The translations under genes were made by a program, and so were the position numbers. From Felis catus (lineage: Eukaryota), in assembly GCF_018350175.1 (NCBI RefSeq), contig NC_058368.1:122452001-122516000 (forward strand): 64,000 nt of DNA, written 5' to 3'. Positions 1 to 12,699 of the stretch are shown here, piece by piece (positions within the stretch are counted from its first letter, which is position 1; every line of letters starts with the position of its first letter). The notes beneath the pieces are model-generated. The model had not been told where the DNA came from. It searched no databases and saw only the letters and a list, made by a program, of their open reading frames with translations.

Positions 1-140
1 TTACAGATTTTTATGTGGTTGCATATTCTTTATTGTTTTTTTTATCATCCTTTAAAAATATAAAACCAATCTTAGCTCGTAGGCAATACAAAAAGAGGCT
101 GTAGGCCTATTTTGTCCTGTGGTCATAAATAATCTGCTGG
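1..140. mobile_element. hAT-Charlie MITE remnant (MER58-like)
   Basis: aaaaccaatcttagctcgtaggcaatacaaaaagaggc...cctgtggtcat resembles the recalled MER58 terminus. Confidence 0.5.
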
Positions 141-382
141 TTGATACTATACACGGTGATCAAAGGTTTAAGCATACAGTGGATGTGGTACTTGATACCC
201 AGTCCCTGTGGCACATCCTATATGCCTGTAATACAAATGGGTTTCTGTTGACAAAATAATCCATAATTTTGACTTCATCTCTTTCTCATTTTGCCTGAAT
301 TTATGAGGTCTCACTGCCTTTTCAATCAGCTTCCCTCCTATTGCTGGACATTCAAGAAGGGGCAGTAAGTGAGTTAGAGCAC

Positions 383-1306
383 TACCCTGATCCCAAAGCC
401 AGATAAAAACACAACAAAAAAAGAGAACTACAGGCCAGTATCGCTGATGAACACCGATGTAATGTGTGTTCGACAAAATATTAGCAAACCAAATCCAACA
501 ATGTCTTTAAGAAAATCATTCACCACAATCAAGTAGGATTTAGTACCTGGATACGAAGGGGGTTCAATATTCACAAATCAATGTGATATATCACATCCGT
601 AAGAGAAAGAATAAAATCCATATGGTCATTTCAACAGATGCAGAAAAAAACATTTGACCAAGCACAACATCCATTCATGAAAACACGCTCAACAAATTAG
701 GTTTACAGGGAACATACCTGAACATAATCAAGGCCTTCTATGAGAAACCCACAGCAAATATCATCCTCAATGGGGAAAAACCGAGAGCTTATCCTCGAAG
801 GTCAGGAACAAAACACGGATGTCCACCCTCACCACTTTTATTCAACGTAGAACTGGAAGTCCTAGCCACAGCAATCAGAAAAGAATGAGAAATAAAAGGC
901 ATCCAAAATAAGGAAGTAAAACTTCGACTATTTGCAGATGACATGATGTTATCTATATATAGAAAACCCTAAAGGTTCCACCAAAAAATCTACTGGAAAT
1001 GATAAATGAATTCAGTAAGATCGCAGGATGCAAAAATCAATGTACAGAAATCCATTGCATTTCTGTACACTAATAATGAAGCAGCAGAAAGAGATATGAA
1101 AAAGAAACAACAATCCCACTACAATTGTAACAAAAATAACAAAATACTAAGAAAGAAAAAAACCAAAGAGGTGAAAGAATATGAAAACACTAATTCAAAG
1201 GGATACATGCACCCCTATGTTTATTGCAGCATTATTTCCAATCCCTAAATTATGGAAGCAACTCAAGTGCCCATTGATAGATGAATGGATAAAGAAGATG
1301 TGGTGT

Positions 1307-1352
<46 letters not shown>

Positions 1353-1630
1353 TAGAATATTATTCAGCCATAAAAAGGACTGAAATCTTGCCATTTGCAA
1401 CGATGTGGATGGGCTAGAGAGCATAATGCTAAGTAAAATAAGTCAGAAAAAGATAAATACCATATGATTTCACTCATATGTGGAATTTAAGAAACAAAAC
1501 AAATGAACAGAGGGAAAAAAAAAAGAGAGAGAGAAACAAACCAAGAAACAGACTCTTAACTATAGAGAACAAACTCACGGTTACCAGAGGGGAAGTTGTG
1601 AATGGGTGATATAGGTGATGGGGATTAAGA
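383..1630 (+). mobile_element. 5'-truncated L1 with internal deletion (RT region joined to ORF2 C-terminus/3'UTR)
   Basis: ORF2-like sequence (KINVQKSIAFLYTNN; ctatttgcagatgacatg = LFADDM; TCTPMFIAALF...WIKKMW); junction near 1175-1180. Confidence 0.9.
1303..1350. repeat. (TG)n microsatellite within L1
   Basis: Direct reading. Confidence 0.95.
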
Positions 1631-1713
1631 TGTGGGGCTCGAACTCACGAACTGTGAGATCATGACCTGAGCCAAAGCTGGATGCTTAAACGGCTGAGCC
1701 ACCCAGGTGACCC
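1631..1713 (-). mobile_element. Can-SINE 5' half, abutting the truncated L1 3'UTR
   Basis: ggggctcgaactcacgaactgtgagatcatgacctgagcc...gagccacccagg. Confidence 0.85.
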
Positions 1714-3464
1714 TAAAGCAACACTACTCCTGCTGCGTTGGAGACATTTCTAACCTATTCTATTTCGTTTATATTTTGGATGCTTCTCATTACGACTAAA
1801 TTTATTTCACAACTCATTAATGGGGCTTGACCCCATTAAAAACCACTTCCTTGGAAGACCCTCATGCTTGTGCTGCTTCTATTTACAAGAAGCAATTGTT
1901 TTGAGGTTCTTGTGTACCTTTACAACTTCGTTGGATTTTTTTTGCTGAGAACCAACCGTGTGCACATCACCTTGTGAGGCTTTGTGGGAAGTGCAAAGAG
2001 TTTGGCTTCCAACTACCCCAAGCCAGGAATTTTCTGAGTTGCTAGGAAACCAGGATGGACAAAAGGACCTACCATCTCTGCTCTCATAGAGTTTATAATC
2101 TAGTGGATGAAAGAAATTCAAACTACAGGAATTTTGGAAATTAAGCCATTCACTTGACTAGCTTTAAGTAAACAACTTTATTAACACTTTCTGGGTAGAA
2201 GGTATGTTTTTCTTGTCTAAGAGGGTCAGTCTCATTTCAATAGCTGAGAAAATAGAGTTCAGTCCCTCCCTACAAATGTCATTGTTATTTTGTGTTTGAA
2301 TTCAAGGTTATTTGTAATTTACATGCTGCCTCACATGATTGAATGGGTTGTGCAGTAGAAATAAAGTGATTTGGGAGTTCAGGAGAAGAAATGATTAAGT
2401 CACATTCAAACATTTCACCCCTCAGAAAGCTTGGTAAGACCTTAAGAGTTCCCCCTTACCCATATTTTTTTCCTTCAGGAGTAGCTAATGTAATTATTCT
2501 TGGAGAAGCAGACAAAATAGTCTTTTAAAAGAGAAGAATGGTAACTTCTAGAGTTTTGCAATCTTCTCTGAATAAACTCTTAAAATCCCTCATTTGGAAT
2601 TTTACTCCTCTAAATCCTTATTTCAAAAACCATGAAACATAGTGGAACATTTCCTGAAGATCGACAGGTCAGGGAACCAAAGGTTGTCCCTTTTCTGAGA
2701 GAACCTGTACTTTGCTGTTCTTATCACTGAGAATTTCATGAGCACTGACCAAGAGACCACACTACATGTAAACAAACATCTGCTTCTGACTTCTAGAAGC
2801 TCAAATGGCAACTTCAAAGCACCATTCAGTGAAACCCTACACACATATTCTTGGGAATCTGTTAAGATATTTGTGCCTTGGGAATCGGCTCATTCTATAA
2901 ACTCATAATAGTATCCTTCTTGGCAAAAAAGAAATCATTTAGGTACAACAGAGTGATTGTTATGAGGAAATAGGCAAAGAGATTTTTACAATGTGGATGC
3001 TGAGGAGAGCCACCTTCATAAAGGACCAGATCTCTCTGTAATCGTCAGTGTTCAGCGGTGTTCCTCCTGACCTTACCCCCTATGTGAAATCCACTGTTAC
3101 ATGCTCTTAGAGCTCCACCACGCCTCTCCTTAACGTTCAGGGGGAGTTTTAACTGTCCATTAATTTATGACTATTTAGGCTACGAGCATCTCTCTCTCTA
3201 TGGAGTCCTTACTAGACTACAGGCTCCATAAAGGTAGAGATTCGATTTTTACTTTGCCATTACTATATCCCCCAGTACTAAGCACTGTGATTAATAAATA
3301 ATACTTGTTTAAGAAATATTTATTGAATGAATGGGCATTTTAAGATCATCTGGAATGCTGGTTGAAACAAGATACTTCAGTTTCGCCAAATCTTTATTAT
3401 TTATTAGTGATCAAAAAGCAACTAACTAATAATCCCTCACATTGTTCTTCTTTTTGTTTTACAG

Positions 3465-3520
3465 TCAACTTTGACCACTTTGAAATTTTGCGAGCCATTG
3501 GGAAAGGCAGTTTTGGAAAG
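3465..3520 (+). CDS. STK32A: STK32A internal coding exon (56 nt), kinase Gly-rich loop: (V)NFDHFEILRAIGKGSFGK
   Basis: Branch-like ACTAAC (3421), polypyrimidine tract and ttttacag| acceptor; AAG|gtgaga donor; GxGxxG motif; matches the recalled STK32A peptide (FEILR rather than the FQILR of STK32B). Confidence 0.96.
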
Positions 3521-3939
3521 GTGAGAACCATAATGATTAACCACTGGCAGGTTTATATGCCTCAGGGAACAGAGTCTGAGAATATTCAGATTGTCCAGTG
3601 ACTGGGACCCTGAGGAACAATAATTCAGACAGGTTGTTATAAAATTGTCACTACAGTTTGAGGTGTGTGATATAATGAACACCAGTTGTTCTTAGAATTA
3701 TTTCATCGTCATGCCCATTGACTCTCACTAGATTTTAAGACTTTCTCTCCACGATAAGGAGGATAGTAAACTTTTGGACTCAGTGGCCAACTGTATCAGT
3801 ATCTTCAGTAATAGTTATCTTCTCAATGTAAGAGTTAAATCTTATGTGGAAAAGAAGCTGTCCCGTTTGTGTTTTTTCCTCAGGTATCCAATGTTTTTAT
3901 TCTCAAAATTAGACCATGAAAGATAGATCTAGTCTAATT

Positions 3940-4151
3940 AAAAAAAAATTTTTTAACGTTTAATTTTTTTTGAGAGAGACACAGGGTGTGAGCAGGGGAG
4001 GGACAGAGAGAGGGAGACACAGAATGTGAAACAGGCTCAAGGCTCTAAGCTGTCCATCAGCACAGAGCCCGACACGGGGCTCAAACCCACACGCCATGAG
4101 ATCATGACCTGAGCTGAAGTCAGATGCTGCAGTGACCCACCCAGGCGCCCC
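3940..4151 (-). mobile_element. Can-SINE
   Basis: T-rich tail, (AG)n, tRNA-like head ending cccaggcgcccc. Confidence 0.92.
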
Positions 4152-4745
4152 ACCAAGCTAATTATTTTTGCAAGAATGTTCTAGATTCAAGTCCTGATCA
4201 TTAGTTTCTTGGTGGAGACATACTTCGAGAATATTTCTTATTAATATTGAGCTTGCATTTTAAAATCATCTGCTGTCCACTTTACCAGACATACAGAACC
4301 TCTAAAAGAATTTTGAAAATATGGATATCGTGTTCCCTATTTTCCAAGTGCTTTAAGTCCTTTTAGGTTATATCAAGTATGGTTAAAGAGAAATTCTTCA
4401 CACAGTATTGTTCAGCTTGGTAGTTTAGCCATGCCCATTACAGTCACTCAAAGCAGAGTGCGGATGTCATTTGCTGTTGGCAGATTCCTGGCAAAGAAGC
4501 GGCTGTTTTCTCCAAAATGCTGTCTAAACAAAACCCCAAGAGCCAAAAACAGGCAGACTCCTTTGAGAAAACAGAGATTCAAGAATTGACCTGGCATAGG
4601 GGAAGAAAATGAATTTTTTTACTCCGAAATCAGAGCTCAGTGGCAACTTGAGCATCAGAGTATTTGCAAGTGATAAGGCCTCCAGGCCATGCCACCCAAC
4701 AGGTCTTGTCCCGTCTCTTGCAGCCATGATCTGTCAACGCCCTGA

Positions 4746-4928
<183 letters not shown>

Positions 4929-6469
4929 TAAGTGTTTGTATGGGATCTTGCAATGGAGATACTCCCACCTTCACCCCAAACATTGTTCTGGAAACCCGTC
5001 CTGATTTCTAGGTGTGCATTTGCAAAATCTTTGGTAGGCTCTTCCTTGAGGGCTTTGGTTCTCCTTGACTTATTTGACACTATAATGAAACAAATTGTTG
5101 TTTTACTGTCACCAATAAATACTGCTTGGTTTATTTGTCACAGTTCCCCTTGGCCTGGAGGATAGCATACTTCTCAAAACACTGTAGCTAAATAGGAGGA
5201 CAAAGAATGAGTTCAGATGTCTTGTCATTCAGTAGATACTCTTCCCTCATTAATTGTGGGGCAGTGACTGTGGCTACTAACTGTCATCAATGGCTGGTGT
5301 GAGGTTGATCTTCAGAACTTGGACAAAAACCACTTTTTCTTTACAATGACTGGGAGTAGAAATGGTTTCCTTAGAGCATCCTTCCTGAGCAGAATCAGGA
5401 CAGGCACTGCCATTCTTGCCAAATAGCTTTTAACAGAGGTAGAGCTAACTTAGATCAGTGGCTAGACTGTGATCCTAAAGCCAGGATCATAATCCAAGGC
5501 TCAGAAAATGGTTAGAATCTGGCAGTGTCTCTTACTCCCTGCTCTTTTCTTATGCGTGCAGGTCTGTATGTGGCTCTCTTACTTTTCTCTACATTTTAAT
5601 GCATCCATTATGTTAAGAAACTGTTCTTAAAGCTAATTCAGTGTGGCAGTTATTTAAATATGCATACCAAGCAGTTTCTACTAGCAAAGGCAAAAAAAAA
5701 AGTCTTTATTCAGAGAATACTAATGGGAGAATAATTGAAATGTCACTGTGTGTTTAAGGACATTTCTCTGGAGGAATAAAACCTGTCTCCCTCCATCTTT
5801 AATTGATACAGTTCACTTGATATACAATTTGCTCAAAGACTCTACACCATAGTTGCAAAGAAGATGGTTTTGTGTGAATTGGAAATAGGTCCCTTGAGTT
5901 CATGCAGTACTCAGATGTGGTGGAGTCGAATTTTGACCCACGCTCAGTGGATTTAATCAGTAGCTTAGAGTGGCCTATTCACAACGCTGCCACACAGAGG
6001 CACATGGACACAGCTCTTTCGTCCCCACCCTTAGCAATTAGCAGATTGCCTGTTTCTCCCCCTCTCTCTTCCCTGAGAATGATGAGGTGCTCTCAATTCA
6101 CATCCTTGCTTTGTTCAAAGTCACATTTTCCTTCTTCCAAAGTCCAGCCAACTAACTTTCTCCTTTTAAGACCAGGAACTCTTCAGAAGGACATACTTAG
6201 CATTTCTCCCTTTCAGGCCCGTCTCTCCTCACTGAGTAGGCAAAATGGATTTCAGTTTATTCCCAATTTCTTTATAAGGGGTGTTAGGAGACTTGAAGCT
6301 GGGCAAGGTTTACAGATTTTGCTGTTTACTAACATGGTGTCATTCCAGGAAACACTCTGATCTCCACACATGCTGGCTTGGGGAGAACATGGGGTATAGC
6401 CTTGTCTTCCCTTTTTGCCACACTGAATCTCTGCAGAACATCAGGTACCATTAATAGTGATAGAGGAGA

Positions 6470-6685
6470 GGGATGCCTGGGTGGCTCAGTCGGTTGAATG
6501 TTCAACTCTTGATTTCAGCTCAGGTCATGATTTCATGGTTCGTGGGATCAAGCCTCACATTGGTCTCTGGGCTCACAACACAGAGCCTGCTGGGGATTCT
6601 CTCTCATTCTCTCTCTCTGCCTCCTCCCCAGCTCACACACATGTGCACTCTCTCTCTCAAAATAAATAAATAAACTTAAAAAAAT
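6470..6685 (+). mobile_element. Can-SINE
   Basis: gggatgcctgggtggctcagtcggtt...(CT)n...aataaa tail; flanking aatagtgatagaggagag / aatagcgataggggagag is TSD-like. Confidence 0.92.
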
Positions 6686-7919
6686 AGCGATAGGGGAGAG
6701 AAGAAATCCCTCCCCACCTTAATTCCACCACTTTCAGAACTGGAAACCTAGAGGGGGCTTCCTTAAAATATGGAAGAAAAAGTTTTAATCTTTCAAATCC
6801 TGAGATGAAAATATTCAGAAAGAATATTTATTTCTTCTAATAAAGGCTTTCTGCCTTGGTAAGTACAGCATAGCCAACGTAAGTGACTCTTTCTCCAACT
6901 ATTAAACACCTTGCAATGCTTCTGGAGGTGTGACCTGGGAGTAATCTTTATCATTTTTAAGTCAATTATGAGACAGGGTTAATGTGTGTAACTAGGGTTG
7001 TTTTTATGGACAAAAGGAGACAAAGGGCTATTCCAAGCACAGAGTAGGCCCATCACAAATGGGAGTCCCCCCACCCCATCCTTGCTCCCTTAAGGTGTAG
7101 TACTCGTGACATGCCCACCACCACCAGGCCACTGTGGTCATCCAACATGCAAATTTCAAAGGTGCCCAGCCTCAAAACATCACAGGAAGCTGTGTGTGGT
7201 CAGGGAGGGACAAGTCTCATTCTCTGTAAGAGCTTATGTTTGTTTCGTTTTCCACCTTTCTGCTGCAAATCAAAGGGAAAAAAAATATCCAAAGATTCCC
7301 CATTATGTGCAATTTAATCAAGAGTTTGTGTCCTAGGTTTAACTAGACTTATCTTTACATCCCCAAAGCTTCAGGAGCAAATTGGCTAAAGCACAGTATG
7401 ATTAATAATGTAACAGCAATACTTTTTCATTCCTACGTACCCCTCGTGTACTTGATCTTACTGATAAGCTATGTAGGCCTCTCAATATTGCTTTCAGTAA
7501 TCTGCTCGTGGATACTCAAAGTGCCTGTAACCTCTGGGATGTGTTCAGAAAATTCTGGTTTTCAGGCTGAGGAAAAATACAAGCTGTTTCTTTTAAGCAG
7601 GCTTTACACTAACGTTAAGAAGTTGGCTATATGTGTGTGTGTGCATGTGTGCGTGTGTGTGTGTGTGTGTATGTAGAGGTATAAATACATACATATGTGA
7701 TAGGTGAAAACTTTGCATATTGTAGTCAACTAGAAGAAAGCAAAATCACGTAGAAAAATGAAAATTCCCCAGTAGTGCTGTCACCTTGAAACAACCACAT
7801 CTAACATGTTCTTGCCAATAAAATGTCTATATTTGTTTTTTTGCTTTTGATCTTGCATTAGCCCCGTTCATTCCCTCATTCATGGGTGTATTTATCAAGC
7901 AGCACAAATAAGTTATAAT

Positions 7920-8103
7920 TAGAGTTTGCCAGATGAAATACAGGATGCACACTTAGATTTGAAGTTCAGATAAATAACCAGTCATCTTTAGTCTATGTCC
8001 CAAATATTGCATGGTGCCTGTTTTATCTGAAAATTACTCATGTTGTGAATTTCTACTTTAAATGGGAATCTTGAATTTTTATTCACCAAATTCAGCAACC
8101 CTA
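7920..8103. mobile_element. MER53-like palindromic hAT MITE
   Basis: Imperfect terminal inverted repeats tagagtttgccag...cagcaacccta; core atgtcccaaatattgcatgg; matches the recalled MER53 consensus. Confidence 0.75.
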
Positions 8104-8929
8104 ATGGTAACACGGACCCATAGTGTGAGGGTGCAGTGGTGAGTACTCGTGGACAGAGCCCCTGATCGACCCCACATTCCCAGTAACTGTGAAAGGCTGA
8201 TATTAATCACATGGCACAGAAATATGTCAATGTGAGAAGTGCATGAAGGACTAAGTAGAAGAGGGGTGTGTGTGTGTGTGTGTGTGTGTATCCTGGGCTG
8301 GGGCAGCAGAGTTAAGGGTGAAAACACATTTTGAACTAAAATTCAACCTTCCCAGCCCCACGGACCTGACCCCGCTCAGGAACACAATCGTCAGATGTAG
8401 GCCATGTTATAAAGGAAAAGGCAGCCTGGAGGGGCTGGCATCCAGGAAAAGCAAAGAAAATCTTCCTGCGAGTCCCTCCCTGAGGGCCGCTAACAAAGCC
8501 CCGGCAACCCACAGCCTTCGAACAAATGGGCCCCAGTGCTGCCCGGCAGAGCCCTGTCCCCCAGGTGGCTTTTGTTAATTGAGATTAAGCCTGCAGCTGC
8601 ACACAGTCCCTCGGGGCTCCAATCTCCCCTCAGCCTTGTCTCTTGTTCTTTGGGAACAGAAGGGACCCACGTGTGGGTTCAGGAAATTAGAAGACAAGAT
8701 AGTCTGTTTTGAGCAGAAAGGACCACCTGTATCGGGAGTGTGAAAAGGGTCCTGTGAGTAGCTGGACACAGCCAGATGAACAGACACCCTGGAACCAACC
8801 TCCATTATTTATGACTGTGCACCAGTGTTTCTTCACAGAATCGTAAACTAGGAGAATTCAGGGTAGCCTACAGAGCCACAGAACCAAGAGGAGCTTCCGG
8901 GTCAATGGCATTCTCCTACTCAGAGTTTT

Positions 8930-9130
8930 ACCTATATTGTCTGATTTATTCATCCTAACAGGTTAGGCTCATAGCAATTATTAGTCCCATCTTACACCAG
9001 AGAAACTGAGGCTCAGAGAGGGTGAGTCATTTTCCCAGAGTCACACAGCCAGAAACTAGCAGAGCCAGGACTCAAACCCAGGAATTCGGCTTCGAAAACC
9101 CAGCCCTTTCTGCTACACTATACCATGCCC
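8930..9130 (-). mobile_element. MIR
   Basis: Core agagaaactgaggctcagagagggtgagtcattttcccagagtcacacagc. Confidence 0.75.
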
Positions 9131-9661
9131 TGTGGGCATCTTGTAGGACTCTCTTACAAAATATGAAGGAAATGGAATTTATTTTGTTGAGGGTCTTTCA
9201 TATCCCACAAGAATACAAACTCCATGAGGCAGGTAGGTTTGTGTATTTTGCTCACTGCTTCATTCCCCATCCCCTATGATAATGCCTCACACAGAGTAAG
9301 TGTTCCACAAATATCTGTGGAGTGAATAAATGAGTGAATGAATGAATGAATGAAGCTTAGTGGTGGAATCAGGCTTCTGATTCTTGCTCCTGTCCCATGA
9401 TGCCACTGCCAGTTCCTGCACACTTACAAATATGTAATCAGGGCCATCTCAGTTTCTGCACAGGTCCTGAAGAGGGACGTGGGTTTGAATCCTCACTTTG
9501 CCACTTGGTAACTCTGTGAACTGACCCATTTAGAGTATGTATTTTGCTCGGTTCCTCACTCATAATTGGTAACAACAGCAATTGCCATGGCAGAAGGTAC
9601 TGCTATGAAGATGTCTATAAAACACTTCACACATAATGGGTGCTTCATAAATGTGGACTCA

Positions 9662-9908
9662 GGGGCTCCTGGGTGGCTCATTTGGTTAAGTGTCCTACTC
9701 TTGATTTGGGCTCAGGTCATGATCTCACAGTTTAAGCCCCACTTTAAGGGGCTCACATGATCTCACACTTTAAGCCCCAGCTACACTGACAGGGCAGAGC
9801 CTGCTTGGGATTCTCTCTCTCCCTCTCTTCCTCTCTCTTCCCCTCCCCTGCTGATACTTGGGTGTGCATGCTCTCTCTCAAAAATAAATAAACAAACTTA
9901 AAAAAAAT
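9662..9908 (+). mobile_element. Can-SINE with internal duplication
   Basis: ggggctcctgggtggctca head, (CT)-rich middle, A tail. Confidence 0.9.
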
Positions 9909-9987
9909 GAGGACTTCAAACAAAAACTCTGTGAGGTCCCACCCCAAATGCAATGTTTGCTCAAGCTCTATAGCCAGAGAAGATTCT

Positions 9988-10046
9988 GTTTTTGTTTGTT
10001 TGTTTGTTTGTTTGTTTGTTTTTGACAGAGAGTGCAAGCTAGGTGG

Positions 10047-10086
<40 letters not shown>

Positions 10087-10221
10087 CCCAAGTAGGCTCC
10101 ACACTATCAGCACGGGGCCCAATGTGGGGCCCAAACTCACGGACTGTGAGATCATGACCTGAACTGAGATCAACAGTCAGATCAGACAGACGCTCAACTG
10201 ACTGAGCCACCCAGGTGCCCC
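9988..10221 (-). mobile_element. Can-SINE with (GTTT)n tail and (AG)n
   Basis: Head ends cccaggtgcccc; TSD-like ccagagaagat on both sides. Confidence 0.92.
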
Positions 10222-10339
10222 AGAGAAGATATTTAAGTAGACATGTGTACCTGAGTGTGAGCTAGCCTGGACATTAGAAAGTCTTTGGATTTGTTCTAAA
10301 CTTTTAAAAATTTAAGTAATTTTAAAAAATACAAAATAC

Positions 10340-10790
10340 AGGGTGCCTGGGTGGCTCAGTTGCTTGAGCGTCAACTTCGGCTCAGGTCATTATCTTGTGG
10401 TTCGAGAATTCAAGCCCCATGTTGGGCTCTGCACTGACAGCTCACAACCTGGAACCTGCTTTGGATTCTGCCTCCCTCTCTGCCCCCTCCCCTGCTCACG
10501 TGGTTTCTCTCTCAAGAATAAATAAACATAGGGGCGCCTGGGTGGCTCAGTCGGTTAAGCGTCCGACTTCAGCTCAGGTCACGATCTCGCGGTTTGCGAG
10601 TTCGAGCCCCACGTCGGGCTCTGGGCTGATGGCTCAGAGCCTGGAGCATGCTTCCGATTCTGTGTTTCCCTCTCTCTCTGCCCCTCCCCCGTTCATGCTG
10701 TGTCTCTCTCTGTCTCAAAAATAAATAAAAACGTTAAAAAAAATTTTTAAAGAATAAATAAACATTAAAAATTTTTTAATTAAAAAATAT
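10340..10790 (+). mobile_element. Older Can-SINE with a younger felid SINE (10531-10749) nested in its tail
   Basis: Two SINE heads; 16-bp TSD aagaataaataaacat at 10514-10529 and 10750-10765. Confidence 0.92.
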
Positions 10791-10877
10791 ATAATACATA
10801 TTTTATATAAAATATGGGAACACAGACATTGTAAATAAAATAATAAATACCCATATTTCATTATGCAGAAATAACTG

Positions 10878-11549
10878 CTGTATTAGGTTCCTAATGCTGC
10901 TGGAGCAAATTACCATAAACTTAGTGACTAAAACGACATGAATTGGAGTAAATGGACTTAAAGCTATTTTCACAATATAATTAAGACATTATTTTCTTTT
11001 GCCCTGCATTGCTTGCCCTGAAAGCTCACAAACAACAAAACTAATCAGAACAATGATTACCTATGGGTTGCAGAGATTAACAAGAAGGTCACATGTGGGA
11101 AACTTGGGGAGTGGTTAAAATATTCTGTTCTCGTTATTGTGGTGCTGCTTAGATCAGGGTGTAGATTTGTAAATATTCATTAAATTCTATACTTAATATC
11201 TGTGCATTTCACTGTAAATGAATTTTAGCTATTTCAGAAGAAAATGAAAAAGCTTTAAAACCACAAACTCCGTATCTTACAATTCGGGAGGAGGTCAGAA
11301 ATGCAAAATCAGTCTCATTAGGCTAGCATGAAGCTGTCTGCAGAGCTATATTCCTTCTGGAGGTCTAGAAAAGAGTGTTCTCTTCCCTTTTCCTGCTTTT
11401 TGAGGCTGCCTGAATTCATTGGTTTCCAGGCGCCTTCCTCCACCTTCAAAGCCAGCCACGTAACATCTTCCGCACTCTCTCTAACGGCAACTCTCTGCCT
11501 GTCAGGTCCATCTTGAAAGGACTCCTCTGATCACATTGGGTCTACCTGG
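10878..11549 (-). mobile_element. MaLR LTR (MLT1-like), interrupted by an old L1 3'-end fragment (about 10950-11250)
   Basis: tgtattaggttcctaatgctgctggagcaaattaccataaacttagtg; ccttctggaggtctagaaaagag; cacattgggtctacctgg. Confidence 0.65.
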
Positions 11550-12065
11550 TGACAAAATTGACCAAATTCTAGCCAGGCTCTTCTGCACCATCTTCTTGAC
11601 TAGGCCTCGACCTTGGTCTATAAAGACATGAACAAAACACTAACACCATTTCTAACAGCTCAGGACTGTATCCCTAGGATGGCATTAGCTCCCCTTAAAG
11701 TGTCTGCCTGAGAAAATGCAAAGCTGCCACAAGAATTTAGTTTGCTCCATCCAGCACCAGAAGATGGCTCCCCTGTCTCCCAGCCTCCGTGGGAGGGGAG
11801 GAGCCTAACTTTGATAAGTGCAGGTTAACAAACCCAGATGGGTTTCACATGGACCAACCCTGTTCCTGGCTCTTTGTAACTGTTACTCCACTGACTACCA
11901 GGTCCTGGCTTACCCCTTCTCCATGCCCTCATCCTCCCTTCCAAACACAGTCACTTCTATGCACATCAGAGTTGAGTTCAGTCCACACTATTGGATTCCA
12001 ATTGCAAGTCTATCATTGGCTAAAATCAACTCTTCTTACCTTAGTGTCCAGCTTTGTTATCTTAG
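11550..12065 (+). mobile_element. Solo ERV1-class LTR (MER31/MER67-like)
   Basis: Starts tgacaaaattgaccaaattctagccaggctc...ctaggcctcgaccttgg; internal aaacccagatgggtttcacatggaccaacc; about 515 bp. Confidence 0.65.
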
Positions 12066-12699
12066 GAAGGGATGTGATTAAATTAAGGATCTTGAGAAAG
12101 GAGAGGTTACCCTGTATTATCCGGTGCTATCGCAGGACAAAGGTGTCCTTACATATGGCCCGGACAAGCGTGGCTAATTGGAGAACAAGGGACAGCAGTC
12201 CCTGAAGAGGAACTTAGCAGAGAACAGTGTTAATTGTGTGGCCTGTACACAGTAATGGTTGCAGACATGGTCGTTGAATGACTGAGTGGTGGACCAAAAG
12301 GCAAGAAACTGAGTCTTTATAATGCAGACATTCACTTACTCATTTACTCATCAATATTGCAGAGGATTTATTTATTGCAGACAACACAAGAAGCTATTAG
12401 AAAATTTCAAGGAAAAAAAAATTTTACTTGAGGGAGGACATGGAGTAGTCTACAGCCTCAGACATAAAGCTGAAGAAGCAGAGGTCTCCAGAAAATGAGG
12501 GACAAAGGCAGTTCTGGGAATCTAGGCAGCAGGAACCAACAGACAGGCTCTCAAGGCTGTCTCAGCTGAAATGAATCAGCTCCAACCAATTTTCTAACCT
12601 TGTGTCCCCCACTCAAGGTTCAAAGTCCTGGGAGAGAGTCCAACTGGCCCTGCTCAGAAAACATGCCTGATCCTTGGCTAAAAGAAAGAGTAAAATAAA

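Noticed and set aside
3362..3601. ORF containing GKGSFGK as a standalone gene (likewise 36321..36557)
   Set aside because: Only the splice-bounded parts are kinase sequence; the remainder is intron read-through.
3870..3890. ttttttcctcag|gtatcc as a recursive splice site
   Set aside because: The donor is weak and the intron is only 1.26 kb.
5902..6360. 152-aa plus-strand intronic ORF
   Set aside because: No recognisable domain, low-complexity composition and no convincing exon boundaries.
8330..8600. GC-richer patch with SOX-like motifs (ACAAT, AACAAAG)
   Set aside because: Too short and CpG-poor for an island; the motifs are too common to support a call without conservation data.
10395..10724. 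Recurrent 'WVAQSVKRPTSAQV...' ORFs as a protein family
   Set aside because: They are translations of Can-SINE copies.
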